A stretch of DNA of 64,000 nucleotides from Myxococcota bacterium (GCA_023150805.1 JAKLKF010000012.1:17564-81563), one strand, 5' to 3'. Positions 47,081 through 56,971 are shown, counted from the stretch's first letter. Numbers and translations: made by a program. The notes: generated from the letters alone by a model not told the origin.

Positions 47081-48416
47081 GCCGACCTCTCCGCCCCCCT
47101 CCGTGCCCGGCGCCGGCCCTCGCCGCGGGCTGGCGCCGGAGTTCTTCCAGCTCGTCCAGGCCGCGGTCTACCACGCCGATGGGATGTGGGGCGAGGCCAC
47201 CTTCGACCTGTACGTCAAGGAGGCCCCACCCGACCAGGGCTACCTGGTGGCGGCCGGCATCGAGCCGGCGATCCAGGCCGTGCTCGACACGCGCTTCTCG
47301 CCCGCGCTGGCCGCCTGGCTGCAGCAGCAGCCCCAGCTCCAGGGCATCGGCCCCCGGTTCTTCGAGGACCTGGTCGACTTCGCCTTCGAAGGGGACATCC
47401 ACGCGGTCCCCGAGGGCACGGTCGTCTTCCCGGGCCAGCCCATCCTGCGCCTCTCCGCGCCCCTGCCCCAGGCCGGCCTGTTCGAGGCGGGCCTCATCCA
47501 GCTCGTCTCGCAGGCGACCGGGGTCGCCACCCGCGCCAGCCGCATGGTGACCGCCGCGCGCGGGCGGCCGGTGCTCGACTTCGGCAGCCGGCGGTGCCCG
47601 GGGCCCGAGGCGGCGTGGAGCGTCGCGCGGGCGGCCTGCATCGGCGGCGTCGCGGGCACGACCAACACCCTGGCCGCCGCCGACCTGGGCATCCCCGTGG
47701 TCGGCGTCGTGGGCGAGACGATCGCGGCGGCCTACGGTGGCCACCTGGCGGCCTGGGAGGCGCTGCGGCTGCACGCCCCGCGGGCCGTCGAGCTGCAGCG
47801 GCCGCGCGGTTCCGTCGCCGAGGTGACCCGCCTGCTCGCCAAGGTGGGCGAGGAGCTGCGCACCGTGCGGGTGGACGACGGGGAGCTGGTGGGCGCCGCC
47901 GACGCCCTGCGCCGGGCCCTGGACCAGGCGGGCCAGCGCCGCACCCGCATCCTGGGCAGCGGGGGCCTGGACGAGCTGGCGATCGACCAGCTCGTGCGCG
48001 CGGGCGCGCCGGTGGACGAGCTGGGGGTGGGGGCGGCCCTGGCCGAGGCGCCCGTCCCGGCCACGACCTACCGCATCGCGGAGCGGGTCGGCGGCCTGCA
48101 GCCCGAGCCGGTCACCGGACCCTGGGCCAGCGCCTGGCCGGGACGCAAGAGCGTGGTGCGCCTGAGCGACCACGACGTCATCTGCGAGGAGATCGAGGCC
48201 GAGGTGATCGCCGGCGGCGATGGCCTCGTGCTCCTGCAGCCCTGGGTCCGCGCCGGCCGACGGGTCCGCGCGGCCGAGCCGCTGGCCGAGGCGCGCGCCC
48301 GTCGGGCGCAGCAGGTCCAGGCACTGCCCGAGGGGGTCCGCCGCCTGGTCGACCCCGACCCCTACCCGGTGATCCCCAGCGAGCGCCTGCTCCAGCTCCG
48401 CCAGGCGCGCGGCTGA
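47079..48416 (+). CDS. pncB: Nicotinate phosphoribosyltransferase-like protein, degenerate motifs
   Basis: ATFDLYVK, AVPEGTVVFPGQP, VATRASR, DFGSRR, ACIGGVAGTTN, SGGLDE, GVG, PGRK. Confidence 0.7.
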   Translation: MPTSPPPSVPGAGPRRGLAPEFFQLVQAAVYHADGMWGEATFDLYVKEAPPDQGYLVAAGIEPAIQAVLDTRFSPALAAWLQQQPQLQGIGPRFFEDLVDFAFEGDIHAVPEGTVVFPGQPILRLSAPLPQAGLFEAGLIQLVSQATGVATRASRMVTAARGRPVLDFGSRRCPGPEAAWSVARAACIGGVAGTTNTLAAADLGIPVVGVVGETIAAAYGGHLAAWEALRLHAPRAVELQRPRGSVAEVTRLLAKVGEELRTVRVDDGELVGAADALRRALDQAGQRRTRILGSGGLDELAIDQLVRAGAPVDELGVGAALAEAPVPATTYRIAERVGGLQPEPVTGPWASAWPGRKSVVRLSDHDVICEEIEAEVIAGGDGLVLLQPWVRAGRRVRAAEPLAEARARRAQQVQALPEGVRRLVDPDPYPVIPSERLLQLRQARG

Positions 48417-48428
48417 GCCGGGCGCGGC

Positions 48429-49988
48429 TCAGGCCTGGGGCTCCTTGACGGCGATGACGCTGGTGCCGGTCACGATCAGGTCGCCGGGGCTGGTCGCGCG
48501 CGGCCCGATGACCTGCTCCAGCCCCTCGCCGTCGTAGATGTAGGTCGGACACCGGTCGTGCAGGCTCAGCACCGTGGCGCCCGAGGGGCCGAGCTGGATC
48601 GCCGCCTGGCGGCGCCCCGCGAGGGCCCGGTCCAGGGTGAAGCCGCTCTCTCGCGCGCGGGCCGCCCGGGAGCCCACGCACCAGCGGATGTTGTCCTGCC
48701 CGCGGCGGTCCGGCAGCGCCAGGCCCGGGTGGTTGGGCTCGCGCCCGACCTCGGCGAGCTGCCCCGGCGCGATGCCCAGCCGCGACAGCGTGTCGGCCAC
48801 CATCAGCCCCAGGTAGGCCCGCCCCTGGGTGCGGCGGAAGGTGATGGTGCCCGAGGGCACGTGGATCTGCTCACCACCGCGCAGGAGCACGGACTCGCCG
48901 GGGAGGAGCTGCTGGCCGGACACCAGGATCCCGGGCGCCATGGCGCTGAGCCGGACCCCCTCGGGCGAGGCGTCGACGCGCGCGACGCCCTGGTCGCTCT
49001 TGTTGACCCAGCGCCCGTCAGCCAGCAGGTCGTAGGAGTAGCCCGCCACGACCTCGCTCATCGGCACGGCCGGCAGGGCCAGGCCCGCCATCACCAGGTC
49101 GAGGACCGAGGTCCCCGAGACGTCCAGGATGATGGTGTCCGCGCTGGTCGTGTGGGTCGGCGGCCGCCGGGTCTCGGTGATGGCGCGGTCGATGGCCGCC
49201 CCCTGGCCGATCACCAGGCCGTGTCCGGCGCGGGTCCAGCGGTCGCGGTCGGCGGGCGGCACCTTGTAGGCCGTCATCCACAGGGCCGCGGGATCGACCA
49301 CCGGCAGCGAGTCGACCACCTCCTGGAGCATGCCGCTGCCGGGCTCGAAGCCCTCGAGCAGGATCACCGGGTCGGGAGCGAGCGCCGGCAGCGGATCGCC
49401 GCGCTGGATCCGCACCAGGCGGCCGCCCCGGACCGCCTGCAGGATGGGCTCGGGCAGCCAGGCCCGGGTCGCCGGCACCGCCCGGTAGACCTGCACCTCG
49501 CCCACGATGCCCTTGAGCGAGTAGCGGCCGACCGGCTCCCAGGCCAGCTCGGACTGGTTCATGCAGGCGTGGGTGGCCGCGGAGAACCAGATCTGCCCCG
49601 AGGGGCACTTGTTGTTGATCCGGCTGGCCAGGTTCACGGCCTCGCCGAAGGCGTCGCCGTCGATCTCCTCGACGTCGCCGGTCGCCATGCCCACCCGCAT
49701 GGTGAAGGCCTTCTCGCGGGTGGCCAGCTCGACCAGGTCGACCCCGGCGCGCACGGCGTCGGTCGCCGAGCTGAACAGCGCCATGAAGGCGTCGCCCAGG
49801 TTCTTGACGACCCGCCCGTTGTGGCGCTCGAGCACGGGGACCACGGTCTTCTCGTGGTCCGCGATGAGCTTTCGCAGCGCCTCGCGATCGGCGCCCACGA
49901 CCTTGTCCGTGTACTTCTCGAGGTCGGTGAAGACCACGGTGCGCGTGTGGGTCGACACCCCAAGCCTCCTGAGCGCCGCGGCGAGCAT
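48429..49988 (-). CDS. Class III adenylate/guanylate cyclase with long C-terminal (possibly FHA-like) region
   Basis: VFTDLEKYT, VKNLGDAFMA, RVGMATG, DAFGEAVNLASRI, LKGI. Confidence 0.85.
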   Translation of the reverse strand: MLAAALRRLGVSTHTRTVVFTDLEKYTDKVVGADREALRKLIADHEKTVVPVLERHNGRVVKNLGDAFMALFSSATDAVRAGVDLVELATREKAFTMRVGMATGDVEEIDGDAFGEAVNLASRINNKCPSGQIWFSAATHACMNQSELAWEPVGRYSLKGIVGEVQVYRAVPATRAWLPEPILQAVRGGRLVRIQRGDPLPALAPDPVILLEGFEPGSGMLQEVVDSLPVVDPAALWMTAYKVPPADRDRWTRAGHGLVIGQGAAIDRAITETRRPPTHTTSADTIILDVSGTSVLDLVMAGLALPAVPMSEVVAGYSYDLLADGRWVNKSDQGVARVDASPEGVRLSAMAPGILVSGQQLLPGESVLLRGGEQIHVPSGTITFRRTQGRAYLGLMVADTLSRLGIAPGQLAEVGREPNHPGLALPDRRGQDNIRWCVGSRAARARESGFTLDRALAGRRQAAIQLGPSGATVLSLHDRCPTYIYDGEGLEQVIGPRATSPGDLIVTGTSVIAVKEPQA

Positions 49989-50171
49989 AGCCCGCCGGGA
50001 GCAGAGGCGTCGACCGCCCCGGCCGAAAGGCGCGAGACCGGCCGGGCAGGGGGCACGACGATGCACACGCCATCGGCACGCTCGGCGATCTGCCCGCCTG
50101 CCGCGCGCCCCCCGGGCCGCGCCGCACCGACCGGCGCGCGGGCCCGCCAGGCGTCGGCAGGGCAGGGCCCC

Positions 50172-50221
50172 CCGGGCTGCGGCGCCGCGAGGCCCGCCGG
50201 GCTGCGGCGCCGCGAGGCCCG
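50172..50221. repeat. 25-bp intergenic tandem repeat x2 plus partial third copy
   Basis: ccgggctgcggcgccgcgaggcccg twice, then ccgagctacggcgc. Confidence 0.85.
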
Positions 50222-50266
50222 CCGAGCTACGGCGCACCCGGGGCCGCCGGGCATCGGCGGCCTCGA

Positions 50267-50324
50267 GCTGACAAGCTGTCAGCGCCCTCCAGGCCCCCTC
50301 GGCCAGGGGCATGACAGCTTGTCG
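50267..50324. promoter_or_regulatory. Palindromic TGACA-N3-TGTC(A/G) sites, putative activator binding sites
   Basis: GCTGACAAGCTGTCAGC at 50267-50283 and TGACAGCTTGTCG at 50312-50324; half site at 50347. Confidence 0.6.
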
Positions 50325-50365
50325 CGACCCTCGCGGATCCGCGCGCTGACAGGCTGCCTCCCCTA

Positions 50366-50381
50366 CGGCATGCACCTTGCA
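50366..50381 (+). promoter_or_regulatory. Putative sigma54 (-24/-12) promoter of the gsp operon
   Basis: CGGCATGCACCTTGCA gives GG-N10-GC with GGCA..TTGCA consensus, about 56 nt before gspC. Confidence 0.7.
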
Positions 50382-50437
50382 GCCACCCACCGCGACCCGG
50401 TGCACCCGCACCCCCCCCTTGCCTCGAGCGAGGAGCC

Positions 50438-51394
50438 ATGGCCCGGCCATCCCCCCGCCTCATCGGAGCCTTCGTCGCCGTCGGTGTCGCCGCGTGGGCG
50501 GCCGCCTTCGTGGTCGACCAGGTCCTCGCCCGCGCCCTGGCCCTGCCCGAGGGCGCCACCCTGATCGCGCCCGGCGACGCCGCCCTGGCGGTCGCCCCGG
50601 ACGGCGGGGAGGCGGACCCGGACGCCACCACCACCACCGCCCGGACCTCGGTGACCTCGGGCCGACGCCCCACTCGCGACGCGCTGATCGGCCCCATCGT
50701 CAAGCGCAGCATCTTCGACTCCACCAAGGTCGGCGCCAGCGCCGACGGCACCCCCGCCAACGACGGCCCCGAGGCCAAGAGCGACCTCGACGCCACGCTG
50801 CTGGCCACCGTGGTCGCCGACCCGCCCGAGTACAGCTCGGCCCTCATCGCCCGCAAGGGCGGCGACGACGCCAAGGGCTACGGCATCGGCGACGACCTGT
50901 GGGGCGAGGGCACCGTCGTCGGCATCGAGCCCAAGCGGGTCATCATCGAGCGCAGCGACGGCTCCCGCGAGTTCATCGCCATGGGCGGCGAGGCCCAGGT
51001 CAAGAAGTCCACCACCCGCAGCCTGCGCGAGGGCGAGGGCGAGGGCGAGGAGGGCGTCGAGCAGACGGGCGAGAACAAGTTCGTCGTCGACGCCGCCCTG
51101 GTGGAGGAGGCGCTCAAGGACCCCGAGAAGCTGGCCAGCCAGGTCCGCGTCGCCCCGCACAAGGACGAGAACGGCCAGATCGACGGCTACCGCATGTCCG
51201 GCATCCGCCGGAACTCCCTGTTCAAGAAGCTGGGCATCAAGAACGGCGACGTCGTGCACTCGGTCAACGGCCAGCCCCTGACCAGCATGCAGTCGGCGAT
51301 GTCCGCCTACGAGTCCCTCCAGAACGACAAGAACTTCTCCTTCGAGATCACGCGCCGAAACCAGCGCCAGACCTTCGAGTACGAGATCCGCTGA
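50438..51394 (+). CDS. gspC: Type II secretion protein C (TM, HR and PDZ domains)
   Basis: N-terminal TM, LLATVVA..SSALI, PDZ GYRMSGIRRNSLFKKLGIKNGDVVHSVNG; first gene of operon. Confidence 0.85.
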   Translation: MARPSPRLIGAFVAVGVAAWAAAFVVDQVLARALALPEGATLIAPGDAALAVAPDGGEADPDATTTTARTSVTSGRRPTRDALIGPIVKRSIFDSTKVGASADGTPANDGPEAKSDLDATLLATVVADPPEYSSALIARKGGDDAKGYGIGDDLWGEGTVVGIEPKRVIIERSDGSREFIAMGGEAQVKKSTTRSLREGEGEGEEGVEQTGENKFVVDAALVEEALKDPEKLASQVRVAPHKDENGQIDGYRMSGIRRNSLFKKLGIKNGDVVHSVNGQPLTSMQSAMSAYESLQNDKNFSFEITRRNQRQTFEYEIR

Positions 51395-53943
51395 TGCCGA
51401 CCCCCGCTCGCTCCCTGCTCCTGCCGGCCTCCCTGCTCCTGGGCATGGTCCTCTCCGGTCCCACCATGGCGGCCGGACCCGCCGCCCACGGGCCCCCCGC
51501 GCCCCAGGACGACGAGTCCGACAAGGACGCCATCCTCCGCCGCGCCGCCGGCGGGGCCGGCAGCAAGAACGCGCCGGCCGCCGCGGAGGACGAGGGCGGC
51601 GAGGCCGACGGCGGCGGAGACGCGACGTCCAGCTCGACCCGGGGCAAGCCGCCGATCCTCACCGGCCGCAGCACCCAGGTGACCATCGACTTCGTCGACA
51701 CGCCGATCACCGACCTCATCAAGTACTTCGCCGAGATCACCGGTCGGAACTTCCTGCTGACCGAGGAGCTCAAGGGCGAGGTGACGATCATCAGCCACAA
51801 GCCGGTGAGCGTGGGCGAGGCCTACGAGGCCTTCCTCTCGGCGCTGGAGAGCGCCGGCTACACCACGGTCACCGTGGGCCAGCTCACCAAGGTCGTCGCC
51901 ACCGGGGAAGCCGCCAGCTCGCCGCTCAACGAGTACTACCAGGGCAACATCCCCTACACCGACAACTACGTCACGCAGATCATCCAGCTCGAGAACGTGG
52001 CCGTCGGCGACGTCTCCAGCGTGGTCAAGGAGCTGGCCGGCGCCAAGGCCAAGGTCATCGCCTACTCGCCGACCAACACGCTCATCATCACCGACAGCGC
52101 GGTCAACATCCGCCGGGTCTACCGGATCGTCAGCCAGCTCGACGTGGCCGCGCCCAAGTCGGGCCTGCGGATCTTCCCGATCCGCTACGCCCAGGCCGCC
52201 GAGATCCAGAAGGTCATCACCGAGATCTACGGAGCGGAGGCCTCCAGCGCCTCCAGCAGCACCTCGGCCGGCGGCACCAGCGCCCGCAACAACCGCCGCA
52301 CGGCCCGCCGCGCCACCGAGGCCCCCGCCGCCGCCGACGCCGCCAGCTCGACCACGGTCGGCAAGGAGGGCAGCTTCATCCAGAAGATCATCTCCGACGA
52401 GCGCACCAACTCGGTGATCGTGCTGGCCAACGACGAGGCCATGCTCAAGATCGAGGAGCTGATCGCCCAGCTCGACATCGACGTCGACCCCCAGAGCCGC
52501 GCCCAGATCAAGGTGGTCTACCTGGAGCACGCCAAGGCCGAGGACGTGGCCCAGGTGCTCAGCAACCTGTCGGAGAACAGCAGCCGCGCCAGCAGCAGCA
52601 CGCGGACGGCCGCCGGGACCCGGGGCGCCGCCAACACCCGCAACCTGCGGGCGGGCGCCGACGGCGCCGCACCGGCCGGCGCGGCGGGCGACGACGACGG
52701 CTCGGCGGTCGCGGCGCTGGACGGCGGCACCCGCATCACCAGCGACGAGAACACCAACTCCCTGGTCATCGTCGCCACCCCCGACCAGTTCCAGGTCCTC
52801 GAGCAGGTCATCAAGCAGCTCGACATCCGGCGCCAGCAGGTCTTCGTCCAGGCCGTGATCCTGGAGATGGCCGGCGAGGACACCTTCGAGCTGGGCCTGG
52901 GCCTGCACGGTGGCATCCCCGGCGAGGACGGCGGCCTGCAGATCGGCAGCGCCCAGCTCGGCGGCAGCTCCCTGGGCCTGTCCACCGAGGCGCTCTCCGG
53001 CCTGGCCGTGGGCGTGTACGGCAAGACCATCGAGGTGCCGCTGTCGGGCCTGTCGGGCTCGGAGAGCACCACCCTGGCCGTGCCCGCCTTCGGCATCGCG
53101 CTCAACGCCCTGGCCAGCAACTCGGCGGTCAACATCGTGGCCACCCCCGAGATCCTGACCATGGACAACGAGGAGGCCAAGATCGTCGTCGGCCGCAACG
53201 TGCCCTTCCCCGTCTCCTCGGGCCGCGACAACAACAACAACCCGATCATCAGCTACCAGCGGGAAGACGTCGCCACGACGCTCAAGGTCACCCCGCAGAT
53301 CAACGAGTCCAACTTCGTCACCCTGGAGCTGTTCCAGGAGGTGACCGAGGTCGAAGAGGACGACAGCGGCCTGGACGTGACGACCGCCGGCTTCATCACC
53401 AGCAAGCGCTCGGCCGAGACCGTCGTCGTCGTCCAGGACAACCAGACGGTCGTCATCGGCGGCCTGATCGGCAGTACGGACACCCAGGTCGAGACCAAGA
53501 TCCCCATCCTGGGCGACCTGCCGCTGATCGGCAACCTCTTCCGCGGCAAGCGCGACGTCAGCCGCAAGACGAACCTGCTCATCTTCCTGACGCCGCACAT
53601 CATCGAGGAGCCGGCCGACCTCGAGGAGGTCTACCGGATCAAGTGGGCGCAGCGCGAGGAGTTCATCCGGCGCTTCTACGGCAAGTCCCGCGAGGAGCAG
53701 GAGGCCCAGATCCAGGACCTGCTGCGCTTCAGCATGAACCGCATCGACGAGCCCAGCCCCTGGCGCACCAAGCCGCCCAAGGGCGACACCAGCGTCATCA
53801 TCGGGCCCACCAGCGACAGCGCCGTCATCGAGGACGTGACCGAGACCTCGACCTCGACCTCGGCCTCCGGCGCCGAGCCGACCCCCGAGGTGAGCCCCGA
53901 GGCGACCGAGGGCGCCGACACCTCCCGCGAGCTGGAGCCCTGA
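51394..53943 (+). CDS. gspD: Type II secretion secretin D
   Basis: N0 IDFVDTPI, repeated N domains (DERTNSVIV), TPEILTMDNEEAKIVVG, LKVTPQIN, KIPILGDLPLIGNLF. Confidence 0.95.
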   Translation: MPTPARSLLLPASLLLGMVLSGPTMAAGPAAHGPPAPQDDESDKDAILRRAAGGAGSKNAPAAAEDEGGEADGGGDATSSSTRGKPPILTGRSTQVTIDFVDTPITDLIKYFAEITGRNFLLTEELKGEVTIISHKPVSVGEAYEAFLSALESAGYTTVTVGQLTKVVATGEAASSPLNEYYQGNIPYTDNYVTQIIQLENVAVGDVSSVVKELAGAKAKVIAYSPTNTLIITDSAVNIRRVYRIVSQLDVAAPKSGLRIFPIRYAQAAEIQKVITEIYGAEASSASSSTSAGGTSARNNRRTARRATEAPAAADAASSTTVGKEGSFIQKIISDERTNSVIVLANDEAMLKIEELIAQLDIDVDPQSRAQIKVVYLEHAKAEDVAQVLSNLSENSSRASSSTRTAAGTRGAANTRNLRAGADGAAPAGAAGDDDGSAVAALDGGTRITSDENTNSLVIVATPDQFQVLEQVIKQLDIRRQQVFVQAVILEMAGEDTFELGLGLHGGIPGEDGGLQIGSAQLGGSSLGLSTEALSGLAVGVYGKTIEVPLSGLSGSESTTLAVPAFGIALNALASNSAVNIVATPEILTMDNEEAKIVVGRNVPFPVSSGRDNNNNPIISYQREDVATTLKVTPQINESNFVTLELFQEVTEVEEDDSGLDVTTAGFITSKRSAETVVVVQDNQTVVIGGLIGSTDTQVETKIPILGDLPLIGNLFRGKRDVSRKTNLLIFLTPHIIEEPADLEEVYRIKWAQREEFIRRFYGKSREEQEAQIQDLLRFSMNRIDEPSPWRTKPPKGDTSVIIGPTSDSAVIEDVTETSTSTSASGAEPTPEVSPEATEGADTSRELEP

Positions 53944-53945
53944 CC

Positions 53946-55655
53946 GTGGCCATCCGACGCGAGCGCCTCGACGACATCCTGGTGCGGCAGGGCGTGGACC
54001 CCGCCGTGCTCCAGGCCGCCCGCGCCCAGGCCGAGAAGGCCGGCGTCGACCTGGTGGAGGGGCTCAACCGCACCCAGGCCGTCGACGGCAAGGTGATCGC
54101 CCGCAGCCTGGCGGCGCAGACCGGCCTGCCGGTGCTGGACGCCATCGACGTCGAGCGCGTGGATCCGGCCCTGGTGCGCGGCCTGCCGCTGGGCCTGGCC
54201 CGCGAGGCGGGGGTGCTGCCCCTGTGGGAGGAGCCCGACGGCGGCGTGCTGATCGCCATCTCCTCGCCCGCGGCCCTGCCGGCCCTGGGCGACCTGCGCC
54301 TGGTCTACCACCGCCCGGTGCGCCCCGTCCTGGTCGCGCCCACCGTGCTGCGCGACGCCACCAACAAGGCCTACGACAAGGCCAGCCAGACGGCCAGCGC
54401 CGTCATGGAGGAGATCCACGAGGAGCAGGGCAAGGAGAGCGACGACCTGATGCTCGCCGAGGACCTGCTCGACGATCCGAACCAGGCGCCGATCATCCGC
54501 TTCGTCAACTCCCTGCTCACCCAGGCGACCAAGGAGCGGGCCAGCGACATCCACATCGAGCCCTTCGAGAAGGAGCTGGCCGTCCGCTTCCGCGTGGACG
54601 GCGTGCTCTACGAGGTGGTCAAGCCCCCTCCCCGCCTGCAGGCCAGCATCGTCAGCCGCGTGAAGATCATGGCCGGCCTGAACATCGCCGAGAAGCGCAT
54701 CCCCCAGGACGGCCGCATCCGCACCCGCATGGCGGGCCGCGAGATCGACATCCGCGTCAGCACCATGCCGGTTCGCCACGGCGAGCGCGTGGTCATGCGT
54801 ATCCTGGAGAAGGGCACCGTCTTCTCGCTCGACGGCGTGGGCATGGAAGGAGACACGCTGCGGCACTTCCGCAAGCTCATCCGCCTGCCGCACGGCATCA
54901 TCCTGGTCGCCGGCCCCACGGGCTCCGGAAAGACGACCACCCTGTACAGCGCCCTGTCCGAGGTGAACACACCCGACAAGAACATCCTGACGGTCGAGGA
55001 CCCCGTCGAGTACGAGCTGCGCGGCATCGGCCAGACCCAGGTCAACCCCAAGATCGACCTGACCTTCGCCAGCGTGCTGCGCGCCCACCTGCGCCAGGAC
55101 CCCGACATCATCCTGGTCGGCGAGACCCGCGACCGGGAGACGGCCGAGAACGCCGTCCAGGCCTCGCTCACGGGCCACCTGGTCTTCAGCACCATCCACA
55201 CGAACTCGGCGCCGGCCACCTTCACCCGCATCATCGACATGGGGGTCGAGCCCTTCCTGGTCGCCTCCTCGCTGGTCGCGGTGCTGGCCCAGCGCCTGGT
55301 GCGTCGCCTGTGCCCGCACTGCAAGGAGCTGTACCGCCCCAGCGACGAGGAGCTGCACGACGTGGGCCTGGACGGCCGGACCTTCGACGGCCAGCTCTGG
55401 CGGGCGGTCGGCTGCTCGGAGTGCAACCAGAAGGGCTACCGCGGCCGGATGGGCATCTACGAGCTGCTGGTCGTCAGCGAGCGCATCCGCGCCCTCGTGA
55501 CCAGCGGGGCCGACGCCGGCGTGATCAAGAAGCAGGCCGTCACCGAGGGCATGGCGACGCTGCGGGATGACGGCATCCGCAAGGCCCTGATGGGCCACAC
55601 CTCGCTGGACGAGGTGATGCGGGTGACCCAGGACGACGTCGTCGAGCTGGACTGA
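53946..55655 (+). CDS. gspE: Type II secretion ATPase E
   Basis: ASDIHIEP, EKRIPQDGRI, GPTGSGKTT, TVEDPVEY, LRQDPDIILVGE, tetracysteine motif. Confidence 0.95.
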   Translation: MAIRRERLDDILVRQGVDPAVLQAARAQAEKAGVDLVEGLNRTQAVDGKVIARSLAAQTGLPVLDAIDVERVDPALVRGLPLGLAREAGVLPLWEEPDGGVLIAISSPAALPALGDLRLVYHRPVRPVLVAPTVLRDATNKAYDKASQTASAVMEEIHEEQGKESDDLMLAEDLLDDPNQAPIIRFVNSLLTQATKERASDIHIEPFEKELAVRFRVDGVLYEVVKPPPRLQASIVSRVKIMAGLNIAEKRIPQDGRIRTRMAGREIDIRVSTMPVRHGERVVMRILEKGTVFSLDGVGMEGDTLRHFRKLIRLPHGIILVAGPTGSGKTTTLYSALSEVNTPDKNILTVEDPVEYELRGIGQTQVNPKIDLTFASVLRAHLRQDPDIILVGETRDRETAENAVQASLTGHLVFSTIHTNSAPATFTRIIDMGVEPFLVASSLVAVLAQRLVRRLCPHCKELYRPSDEELHDVGLDGRTFDGQLWRAVGCSECNQKGYRGRMGIYELLVVSERIRALVTSGADAGVIKKQAVTEGMATLRDDGIRKALMGHTSLDEVMRVTQDDVVELD

Positions 55656-55673
55656 AGGAGGACCTGACAGCAC

Positions 55674-56909
55674 ATGGCCGCCTTCGAGTACAGAGGCTTC
55701 GACCGCGCCGGCAAGGCCACCCAGGGCATCGTCGACAGCGACAGCGCGCGCGGCGCCCGCAGCAAGCTGCGCAAGCAGGGCGTGTTCGCGACCGAGGTCT
55801 GGGAGCAGAAGGCCGGCCGGCGGACGAAGGGCTCGGGGCTCAACGTCGAGATCGACTTCAGCAAGTTCTTCCGGCGGGTCAGCCTGGAGGACGTGAGCCA
55901 GATGACGAGCCAGCTCTCGACCCTGGTCGGGGCCGGCATCCCGATGGTCGAGGCGCTCACCGCCCTCATCGAGCAGACCGACCACCCCACCCTGCACCTG
56001 GTGCTGGTCGAGATCCGCGAGAAGGTCAACCAGGGCGACACCCTGGCCGACGCGATGAAGGGCCACCCGCGGATCTTCAGCGATCTCTACGTCAACATGG
56101 TCCGCGCGGGCGAGCAGTCCGGCGCGCTGGACATCGTGCTCAAGCGGCTCACGGAGTACTCCGAGTCCCAGGTCAAGCTGCGGGGCCAGCTCCGCAGCGC
56201 GCTGACCTACCCGCTCTTGATGGGCGGCGTCTCCTTCCTGATCGTCATCGGCCTGTTCGTCGGCGTCATCCCGCGCATCAAGCGGATCTTCGACAGCTTC
56301 GGCGAGGGGCTCCCGATGATCACGCGCGTGATCCTGGCGATCAGCGACTTCATCGTCGGGTACTGGTGGGCGCTGGGGATCCTGGCGGCCGGCGCCATCT
56401 ACGGCGTGGTCCGCTACGTGCGCACCAAGAACGGGCGCCGCCGCTGGCACACGCTGCAGCTCCAGGTGCCCGTCTTCGGGCGGATCAACCGCCTGGTCGC
56501 CGTCAGCCGCTTCTGCCGGACCCTGTCGACCCTGCTCGACAGCGGCGTGCCGATCCTGACCGCCGTGGGCATCGTCAAGACCGTCGTCGGCAACGACATC
56601 ATCGCCGAGGCCATCGAGGGCGCCGGGCAGAACATCCGCGAGGGCGAGAGCATCGCCCGGCCGCTGAAGGCCAGCGGGCAGTTCCCGCCGCTGGTCACGC
56701 ACATGATCGCCATCGGCGAGCGCACGGGCGAGCTGGAGCCGATGCTCGGCAAGGTGGCCGACGCCTACGACCAGCAGGTCGAGAACACCGTCGGCACGCT
56801 GACCTCGCTGATGGAGCCCATCCTGATCCTGACGATGGGCGCCGTCGTCACCGTCGTCGCCCTGTCGATCCTGCTGCCCATGCTGAGCATGACCTCGATC
56901 GTCCGCTGA
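55674..56909 (+). CDS. gspF: Type II secretion inner membrane protein F
   Basis: QLSTLVGAGIP, AGEQSGAL, ALTYP, LLDSGVP, IGERTGEL, LMEP. Confidence 0.95.
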   Translation: MAAFEYRGFDRAGKATQGIVDSDSARGARSKLRKQGVFATEVWEQKAGRRTKGSGLNVEIDFSKFFRRVSLEDVSQMTSQLSTLVGAGIPMVEALTALIEQTDHPTLHLVLVEIREKVNQGDTLADAMKGHPRIFSDLYVNMVRAGEQSGALDIVLKRLTEYSESQVKLRGQLRSALTYPLLMGGVSFLIVIGLFVGVIPRIKRIFDSFGEGLPMITRVILAISDFIVGYWWALGILAAGAIYGVVRYVRTKNGRRRWHTLQLQVPVFGRINRLVAVSRFCRTLSTLLDSGVPILTAVGIVKTVVGNDIIAEAIEGAGQNIREGESIARPLKASGQFPPLVTHMIAIGERTGELEPMLGKVADAYDQQVENTVGTLTSLMEPILILTMGAVVTVVALSILLPMLSMTSIVR

Positions 56910-56971
56910 GATCCCGTCTGCTGAGATCCCGTCCGGTGAAGCCACACCCCCTCCCCCACCCCGGAGCCGCC

